The position numbers and the translations under genes were made by a program. Positions 54,901 to 64,000 of a stretch of DNA of 64,000 nucleotides are shown here, piece by piece. The stretch covers positions 13,208,001 through 13,272,000 of the forward strand of contig NC_086109.1 of the NCBI RefSeq assembly GCF_963921235.1, written 5' to 3'. Within the stretch, counting starts at the first letter, position 1, and each line of letters begins with the position of its first letter. The DNA is from Mobula hypostoma (taxonomy: Eukaryota). The notes beneath the pieces were generated by a model. It saw nothing but the letters and a program-made list of their open reading frames with translations. It did not search any database and was not told the DNA's origin.

Positions 54901-55263
54901 GGATGACTAGGTGTGCCACCATTTTCTAAGTATTTCTGACTTTAATGTATATACCTAGTCCCTGGAAGCCTTATTTTTGCAGTGCTGAAAATTCTTGTGA
55001 ACTGTTGCTTGCACCATAAATGACTGCGGGTATTTAATCTTATATGACTAACAGGCCAGATAGGAGTGCAGACACACACGTACACAGAATTACACCGTTC
55101 CCACCTCCAACCACACCTCCCCCCAAGCATTTTCCCATCTGGAACCAACTTGGGGAGAGATCCTTTAAAGCCTGAATCAGTAGTCCAGTCAACAGATGTT
55201 TGCTAGCTGGGAGAGTTCAATCAGATCTTGTCATGAACTGTCCATTTCTGTTTTCTGGGTCAA

Positions 55264-56701
55264 TGTCATGGTCCGGATCGGGGTCCCTTTAAATTTAGCT
55301 TGTTTATGTTACGATCCGGACCGTTGATTCCTGTATTGTTTTCCTGTGTTGTTTTCCTGTGTCCCTTGACTTTGGTGATTAGAGGCAATTAACACTCGGC
55401 TGAACCAGTAGTTTATAGTCTCCGGCTTTCAGCCGTTCAGGGCGGGAGCGTCTGCATGGTCATCTAAGGTACGGTGTGCCGATGTCATCTGGCCGGAGCA
55501 AGCCTAGTCTCTGCCGAAGCGAGTGCCGGTAATTCACCTCTCCTCACCGGAGCAACCCTGTCCAGTTACCTCGCCGAAGCGAGCCTGCAAAGTTTCCTCA
55601 TCAAGGTGGGTCCGTCAGTTAACCCGCCGGAGCAAATCAAGAACTGCTGTCTACTGTTCCTGGGCCGAGTCGAGAGCTCGCCACTACCCGGAGGCTCCAA
55701 GTCAAGTCCTGGCTCCGACGGCATTCAAGCACCAAGTCGAGTCCTGGCCCTGGCGGCATTCAAGCACCAAGTCCAGTCCTGACCCTGGTGGCATTCAAGC
55801 ACCAAGTCCAGTCCTGACCCTGGCGGCTTCCCAGTTCTGAGTCAAGTCCTGGCCCTGGTGGTCTGTGATTCCTGTCCTACCCCCTTGTCTGAATCCCTAC
55901 TCTGCCCCTCTCGCTTCTAGCCCTCATCTGCAGCCCCTGCATGCACTTTGGTCTAGTTCTATCGCCGGAGCTAGATAGGTACTGTCTGGTGTTCTTTCGT
56001 ATTGGTCTTGTCTTGTCTTGTCCTCGCCTCCGTGGGGTAAGTCAGGCCGTCTTGCCATTGCCCCGCGGAGAGTCATGTCTTGTCCTCGCCTCAGTGGGGT
56101 AGGTCAGGTAGTCTTGCCATTGCCCCTTGGGGGGTCATGTTCTGCTTTGTCTTGTCCTCGCCTCCGTGGGGTAAGTCAGGCTGTCTTGTGGAGGGTCATG
56201 AGTCCCGGCCCTATGTCCTGTACTCAAGGAGGGGTCCCAGCTCTCTGTTCTGTGTGTGAGTCCCAGCCCTATGTCCTGTACCCAAGGAGGGGTCCTGGCT
56301 CTGTGTTCTGTGTATGTGTCCATGGTTCCATGTACCTGCTCCCCGAGACCGCGGCTCTGTGTTCCCATGTTCCTTCTCTCCCTAGTCCATGGCATGTCCA
56401 TACCTGGTTCTGGGGTCCGAGCTTGAGGCAAGACCCAGGTACTGGGTCCTTGCTTAGTCTCAGGCTCGGAGTCCATACCCTAGCCTCTTCATGTCTCCTC
56501 TAGTTCTGGGAGCCGATTCCGAGTCCTAGCCCAGACTCTTGGCCCCAGCCTAGTCATAGTCCTCAGTCCTTGTACAGTTCGCTACTCCTGCTCCTGCCTG
56601 GCTCTCCTGATATCGAACAATAAACTAAATGTAATTAACCTCACAAGATGTGTCTTGTATTTGGGTCCACCCTTGCTCCCTATGCCCCTGCCATTGTGAC
56701 A
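55264..56701 (+). mobile_element. Solo LTR (1438 bp)
   Basis: TGTCA...TGACA termini, exact 5-bp TSD GTCAA, AATAAA near 56619, internal tandem repeats; absent from unit C. Confidence 0.9.
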
Positions 56702-56920
56702 GTCAATGCATTAAATGTCCTGTTAACTGATTTTGTTGTTTGATGGTGGCCTGATGTGCCACTGATAATAAATCTGACACAACAAATTTATGCAAAATCT
56801 AATTTCCAGGCAAATATGTACCATGCCAGGACTGGTTTAAATAGAGTTATGAGAGGGACGTTGCTGGTGTTATTGACTAGTTCACAGACAGGGAATGCAA
56901 ATTGAACTATATTCAGATTT

Positions 56921-57494
56921 GTGTGTGTGTGTGTGTTCGTCCATCGTCAACGTCGATGAGGACCTCGACAGCATTATTGATGGTGTCGAGACTAGCGCGT
57001 GATTTGGATTTAAGTGAGGGAGAGTTGCGCAGCGTCAACCTCATTCTCTCTTCCCAATTCCCATCTGGATCCAGTGGCAAGACAGAGTCGAGACGGCTGG
57101 AGATGGGACTAGGCGCAGTGGATGACCAGGACGTCTTCTGTGTCTTGTCCTGCTCTACACGTTCCACGACGCTTGCAGAGACCGCCTTCTTGTCCGTTGG
57201 ACCTTCCATTGGTCTCGTCCGCTCAATCCGCCGGAGTCTGTCTTCACATGCTGGGATAGACAACTGCCTATCTCACCGAGGGTTTGAGACCCGTCTGCTA
57301 CCCTCACCTGGTTTAGCTGGCTTGTTGAAGCCGTTGCCCGGGGTGTGGCCGCTGTCGCATGCAAACAGCTACAGGGAGCCACAGGTGAGAGCTGAGTGCC
57401 AGGTGGGGACCAAAGGTGGACTAACCGCCTTGAAAAGGACGCGACATGTTCCCCCACCAGAGGTGCTACCCCTCCCTGACACCCCATACACCCC
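56921..57494 (-). mobile_element. Young non-autonomous retroelement (RTE-like) with (CA)n tail
   Basis: 12-bp TSD atatt(c/t)agattt; CpG-rich; empty site in unit C near 61865. Confidence 0.75.
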
Positions 57495-59616
57495 ATATTT
57501 AGATTTAAATTTAGAGATACAGCATGTGATCAGGCCATTCTGGCCCAACAGCCTGTGCTGTCCAATTACATCCATGTGACCAATTACCCTACTGACCCAT
57601 ACATCTCTGCAGGCTGGAGGGAAACCGAAGCACCTGGGAGAAAACCTCCATACGGTCATGGGGAAAACGTACGAACTCCTTACAGACAACGACGGGAATT
57701 GAACCTGGGGCACTGGCATTGTGATGGCATTACACCAACTGCTACATGACCATGCGCCCTTGTCTGAGCAAACAGCAAACAGAAGACCTTTACTCAGAGA
57801 GCAGACATGATCTGAGATTCATTGTCTGGAGAGATGGTGGACACAGAATCAAAGTCTTTCATAATTTATGTTAATATATTTAAATTATACTGCTGCATCA
57901 ACAAGCTAATATTCATGACATTTATACCATGCATGTGATGTATTGAACTTACTTACCAAAGGGAATTGAATAAGATGGCAGAAATCTCGATTGGGCTGTC
58001 TGTGAGGCTGGTCAAAGCAGGTCCTCACAGTTTAGTTATAGTCGAGGATGGGGGAGCTGAGTGGTGTGCTTCACAACCCAGGTTCAATCTGGTGCTTTGT
58101 CTGCAGAATTTGTACATTTTCCTTGCAACCAACATGAGTTTTCTTTCAGCGCGCTGGTTTCCCGCCACATCACAAAGACACATACGCATCGGTAAAGACT
58201 GGAATATGGATGGAGTTGAGCAATAGCCCGCCAACCCTAACTCATATGTCTTTGGAACGTGGAAGTAAACCCACGTAGGGAGAACGTACAAACTCGCTAC
58301 AGGTTGCGGTGGGATTGAACTCCCGTCTCTGGTGCTGTAGTAGCGTTTGGCAAACCGTTACACTACCGGGCTGGCTACCGTGCAGTGTGGAAGCAGCTCG
58401 ACAAGCTGTGACAAAGTCGATGGGTCATTTGGAGTTTGTAAATATGGCATATTCCATGTGGAATAATTGATTTCTGGTATCTCAGCTGGAAAGAAGTGGG
58501 GCCACTGGTAATTGCCCATCTATCGTGCTGAGGACTCGATCTTTCAGATCAGAGGGAGCAGAGGAATGAGACCAGAGGCAAACTTCCCACCTGCCGTGTA
58601 GTCACTCACAGATTCAGCAATGCCATAACCTGTGCATCATCTGATTCCTCCTTCGACTGCACAGCATTGCATTAGTCATCCCTGAATGTACATAGCTCCC
58701 ACTGATGAGGGCAGATTTATGATGAATTTACAATGGGATAAATCCTATGAAATATGAGCTCTTTGTATGGAGATCTGTTTCACCAGGAGTAAAACCACAG
58801 ACACTGTGGTGCTGGGCAACGAATCAATTAGAACATTCTCAGACTGCATCAACATTTTCTTCATTCATAACACGTTTCTCAGAATAATGAGCTGAAAATC
58901 TACATTTATATCTTGATTTATTGGCATTTATTCAGACACACAGAACAGCACCAGGTCTCTAAAAAGCAGAGTACACATTTACATTTACAGGGAAAGTGCA
59001 GAGCACATTGAAAATAAGGTGCAAGGGCCGTGACAGGGTAGATTGTGAGAGAAAGGGTGGAGCTCTACCTGTAAACGTCGATATACATGTCACCTCAAAC
59101 TGGCAACCACATGAAGAGATTTCTATAAAGCTTCCAGTTCAGTTGTTTGCATAATCTCTGCCTTTTGTGTCTTGCAGACCCTCGTGGATTTACTTCAATA
59201 CAAAAGGTTAAATATACAGAGATGAAATGAACCACAAGAGCTTCCTGAGGAGGCTGAAACACTTGCTTCAAGAACCAAACTGCCGACTGTGGTTAAGCAA
59301 GCAATCTTCCTGATTACTATCAAAGCGTGAAACCTATAGGAAACCACACTGCTCTGAATGAGTCACTTCAATTACACCAACAAGCACACATCAAACACTC
59401 CGAACCAACAATTTCACATCTCGTTGTCAGTAACGTTCAAGTTCCCTCAACATGGAACCACGTCACCACCTAGCTGTGAGGCTGAGACAAAACTACAACT
59501 GGAACAAAGAACCGGTATGTTGTAGATTTCAATCAGACTTCTTCGGACCTCAGAAGCAACACGTACAAAATGCTGGAGGAACTCAGCAGGCCAGGCAGCA
59601 TCTATGGAAAAGAGTA

Positions 59617-59654
59617 CAGTCGACATTTCGGGCCAAGACCCTTCATCAGGACTG
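59617..59654 (-). ncRNA. Minimal hammerhead motif in Penelope-derived fragment (unit C)
   Basis: cagtc-CTGATGA-a-ggg-tcttgg-ccc-GAAA-tg-TC-gactg, core intact. Confidence 0.65.
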
Positions 59655-60787
59655 GAAAAATAAGATGAGGTGTCAGAGTAAGAAGGGGGAAGAGGTGGAA
59701 GAAACACAAGGTGATTCTATGAAATACACATTTTCTGGACTATGATCACTGCAATCCGCACCCTGTAATTTCCCTTTGGAAGCTGTGCTTTTGAACTGTC
59801 TGCATGACCTGCCATGTTTGCAGTATCCTGATGGATTCAGCAAAATGCGTTCTCGAGAACGCAGCCTTGGCTGTGGCGGCCATTGCTGGAGCAGACTTGA
59901 GGCAAATAGAAATTTTGGATCAGATTGATGTGGCGGACCCAGGCCGGACAGCTGAAAATGAACCAATGTTTATCTGATTTAAGTACTGAGCCAGATTAAA
60001 AGATCAAGGCCTAAACGCCGAGGGTGATGGACAAACTGGTCTTCAGCTCACTGCTGAAGCATTCTCTGAAGCCTCAGGGCAAAACACAGCACATCTAGTC
60101 ATACACAGCACAAAGAGTTATGATCCAACACATATAGTCACAGAATAATATTAGCACAAGTTCCTGACTTTCATAGACTGAAGTCTGACAAATTGGCACA
60201 AAGTGCGACGTACATTTCTGTAGGCTATACAGCCCTTCTGCTGCCGGTCTTGCTAATGAACCGGACTGCCAGTATTTTGTATCACTGATGTCCCACAGTC
60301 TCTTGCAACTATAAGAAAAACGTGCAGGACAAATATTTGCACCATTTGTTGGATCTGGAGAAACCGGGATGACTAGGTGTGCCACCATTTTCTAACTATT
60401 TCTGACTTTAATGTTTATACCTAGTGCCTGGAAGCCTTACTTTTGCAGTGCTGAAAATGCTTGTGAACTGTTGCTTGCACTATAAATGACTGCGGGTATT
60501 TAATCTTATACGACTAACAGGCCAGATAGGAGTGCACACACACACGTACACAGAATTACACCATTCCCACCCCACCCCTCAGCTTTTTCCCCTCACCCCT
60601 CCATGTCAGGGTTTTCATGCTACTGCTCTGGAACGGACTTGGGGAGAAATCCTTTAAAGCCTGAATCAGAAGTCCGCTCGACAGAAGTTCGCTAGCTGGG
60701 AGAGTTCAATCAGATCCTGTCCATTGGTCAATGTGTTGTGTTCTGTTAACTGATTTTGTTGTTTGATGGTGGCCTGATGTGCCATTG

Positions 60788-61726
60788 ACTGTCTTGTCTC
60801 CCTTTCTCTTCACCATTTACACCTCGGACTTCAACTACTGCACAGAGTCTTGTCATCTTCAGAAGCTTTCTGATGACTCTGCCATAGTTGGATGCATCAG
60901 CAGGGGAGAAGAAGCTGAGTACAGGGCTACGGTAGGAAACTTTGTCACATGGTGTGAGCAGAATTATCTGCAGCTTCATGTGAAAAAGACTAAGGAGCTG
61001 GTGGCAGACCTGAGGAGGGCTAAGGTACCGGTAACCCCTGTTTCCATCCAGGGGGTCAGTGAGGACATGGTGGAGGATTATAAATACCTGGGGATATGAA
61101 TTGACAATAAACTGGACTGGTCAAAGAACACTGAAGCTGTCTACAAGAAGGGTCAGAGCCGTCTCTATTTCCTGAGAAGACTGAGAACCTTTAACATCTG
61201 CCGGATGATGCTGAGGATGTTCTACGAGTCTGTGGTGGCCAGTGTGATCATGTTTGCTGTTGTGTGCTGGGGCAGCAGGCTGAGGGTAGCAGACACCAAC
61301 AGAATCAACAAACTCATTCGTAAGGCCAGTGATGTTGTGGGGATGGAACTGGACTCTCTCACGGTTGTGTCTGAAAAGAGGATGCTGTCCAAGTTGCATG
61401 TCATCTTGGACAATGTCTCCCATCCACTACATAATGGACTGGTTGGGCACAGGGGTACATTCAGCCTGAGACTCATTCCACCGAGATGCAACACAGAGCG
61501 TCATAGGAAGTCATTCCTGCCTGTGGCCATCAAACTTTACAACTCCTCCCTTGGAGGGTCAGACATCCTGAGCCAATAGGCTGGTCCTGGACTTATTTCA
61601 TAATTTACTGGCATAATTTACATATTACTATTAATTATTTATGGTTTTATTACTATTTAATTATTTATGGTGCAACTGTAATGAAAACCAATTTCTCCCG
61701 GGATCAATAAAGTATGACTATGACTA
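60788..61726 (+). mobile_element. 5'-truncated Rex1/Babar LINE
   Basis: TVLSPFLFTIYTSD, QKLSDDSAIVG, YKYLG and RKSFLPVAIKLYN motifs; (TATGAC)n tail; absent from unit B. Confidence 0.92.
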
Positions 61727-62775
61727 TAAATCTGACACAACAAATATATGCAAAATCTAATTTCCAGGCAAATATGTACCAGGCCATGACTGGTTTAAAT
61801 AGAGTTATGACAGAGAAGTTGTTGGTGTTATTGACTAGTTTACAGAGAGGGAATGCAATTTGAACTATCTTTAGATTTTAATTTAGAGATACAGCATGTG
61901 ATCAGGCCATTCTGGCCCAACAGCCCGTGCTGTCCAATTACACCCATGTGACCAATTACCCTACTGACCCATACATCTCTGCAAGCTGGAGGGAAACCAA
62001 ATCACCTGTGAAAAAACCCACATACAGTCATGGGGAGAACGTACAAACTCCTTACAGATGAGAATTGAACACGGGACACTGGCATTGTGATGGCATTACA
62101 CCCAATGCAACACGACCCTGCCACCCTTCTCTGAGCAAACAGCAAACAGAAGACTTTTATTCAGAGAGCAGACATGATCTGAGATTCATTGTCTGGAGAG
62201 ATGGTGGACACACAATCAAAGTCTTTCATAATTTATGTTAATATATGTAAATTATATTGCTGCATCAACGTTAATATTAATAACATTTATACCATGCATG
62301 TGATGTACTGAATTTACTTACCAAAGGGAATTGAATAGGATGGCAGAAATCTCGAATGGGCTGTCTGCGAGGCTGGTCAAAGCAGGTCCTCACAGTTTAG
62401 TTATAGTCGAGGATGGGGGAGCTGAGTGGTGTGCTTCACAACCCAGGTTCAGTCTGCTGCTTTGTTTTTCAGAATTTGTACATTTTCCTTGCAAACAACA
62501 TGAGTTTTCTTTCAGCACACTAGTTTCCCGCCACATCACAAAGACACATACGCATCGGTAAAGACTGGAATATGGATGGAGTTGAGCAATAGCCCGCCAA
62601 CCCTAACTCATAGGTCTTTGGAACGTGGGAGTAAACCCACGTAGGGAGAACGTACAAACTCGCTACAGGTTGCGGTGGGATTGAACTCCCGTCTCTGGTG
62701 CTGTAGTAGCGTTTGGCAAACCGCTACACTACCGGGCTGGCTACCGTGCAGTGTGGAAACAGCTCTACAAGCTGT

Positions 62776-63563
62776 GACAAAGTCGATGGGTCATTTGGAG
62801 TTTGTAAATATGGCATATTCCATGTGGAATAATTGGTTTCTGGTATCACAACCGGAAAGAAGTGGGGCTACTGGTAAGTGCCCATCTATCGTGCTGAGGA
62901 CTCGATCTTTCAGATCAGAGGGAGCAGAGGAATGAGACCAGAGGCAAACTTCCCACCTGCCGTGTAGTCACTCACAGATTCAGCAATGCCATAACCTGTG
63001 CATCATCTGATTCCTCCTTCGACTACACAGCATTGCATTAGTCATCCCTGAATGTACGTAGCTCCCACTGATGAGGGCAGATTTATGATGAATTTACAAC
63101 CGGATAAATCCTATGAAATATGAGCCCTTCATGTGGAGATCTGATTCACCAGGAGTAAATGTCAGGCAAACACTGTGGTGCTGAGCAAGGAATCAATTAA
63201 AACGTTCTTACACTGCATCAACATTTTCTTCATTCATAACACGTTTCTCAGAAAAATGAACTGAAAATTTACATTTATATCTTGATTTATTGGCAGTTAT
63301 TCAGACACACAGAACAGCACCAGGTCTCCAAAAAGCAGAGTACACATTTACATTTACAGGGAAAGTGCAGAGCACATCGAAAATAAGGTGCAAGGACCGT
63401 GACAGGGTAGATTGTGAGACAAAGGGTGGAGCTCTACCTGTAAACGTCGATATACATGTCACCTCAAACTGGCAACCACATGAAGAGATTTCTATAAAGC
63501 TTCCAGTTCAATTGTTTGCATAATCTCTGCCTTTTGTGTCTTGCAGACCCTCGTGGGTTTACT
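62776..63563. repeat. Tandem segmental duplication, unit D (interrupted)
   Basis: Colinear with the starts of units A-C until a LINE begins. Confidence 0.9.
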
Positions 63564-64000
63564 TATTCCAACACATTTTCTACTCTCCCCTCCTACCCCT
63601 CCTCACAGTCCCCCACCATGCTCTCATGACTATACCCTCTCCCCACACAAAACCACCACGGTGGGCTTCACAGCTGAACAGGTGAGAAGACAGCTGAAAC
63701 GTCTCAACCCAAGCAAGGCTTCAGGACCGGATGGTGTCAGCACCAGGGTGCTCAAAGCCTGTGCCCCTCAGCTATGTGGAGTACTTCGCCATGTATTCAA
63801 CCTGAGCCTGAGGCTCCGGAGGGTTCCTGTACTGTGGAAGATGTCCTGCCTCGTCCCTGTGCCAAAGACGCCGTGCCCTAGCGGCCTCAATGAATACAGA
63901 CTGGTGGCATTGATCTCCCACATCATGAAGACCCTGGAGAGACTTGTTCTGGAGTTGCTCCGGCCTATGGCCAGGCCACACTTAGATCCCCTCCAGTTCG
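63564..64000 (+). mobile_element. Rex1/Babar LINE RT N-terminal region, running off the window
   Basis: Translates as KASGPDGVSTRVLKACAPQL...LVPVPK...NEYRLVALISHIMKTLERLV. Confidence 0.88.

Larger units (their letters stand above)
52941..58408. repeat. Tandem segmental duplication, unit B
   Basis: About 3.4 kb after removing two private insertions. Confidence 0.92.
58409..62775. repeat. Tandem segmental duplication, unit C
   Basis: About 3.4 kb after removing a Rex1/Babar insertion. Confidence 0.92.

Noticed and set aside
55700..55860. CRISPR-like repeat array
   Set aside because: Head-to-tail repeats without unique spacers, inside an LTR in a vertebrate genome
56902..57579. 225-aa plus-strand ORF
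   Set aside because: Antisense read of a GC-rich TSD-flanked insertion, beginning across a (GT)n tract

Overview
Repeat-dense vertebrate genomic DNA, most likely from a cartilaginous fish such as a ray. This is inferred from HE1/V-SINE-type SINEs together with abundant CR1, Rex1/Babar, RTE and Penelope remnants. The only host gene I can support is efcc1 on the minus strand: coding exon 1 (11596-10910) sits in a CpG-rich 5' region and splices in frame to exon 2 (9267-8885); later exons were not found and probably lie left of the window. Other features are a tRNA-Glu(CTC) pseudogene, a CR1 LINE whose ORF2 is one nonsense codon from intact, and a Penelope fragment with a GIY-YIG domain, a 14-bp TSD and a minimal hammerhead ribozyme motif. 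There is also a 1.2-kb telomere-motif-rich insert inside an RTE 5' region. From about 49.8 kb to the end lies a four-copy tandem array of a ~3.4-kb unit. Its copies are mosaic, carry private insertions (solo LTR, RTE-like element, Rex1/Babar), and share hammerhead motifs, a 22-nt microexon-like motif and a double-hairpin block. I do not see a clearly new biological system; the array and the hammerhead-bearing Penelope ends are the best leads. Family assignments come from recalled motifs, not database searches, and most repeat boundaries are approximate.
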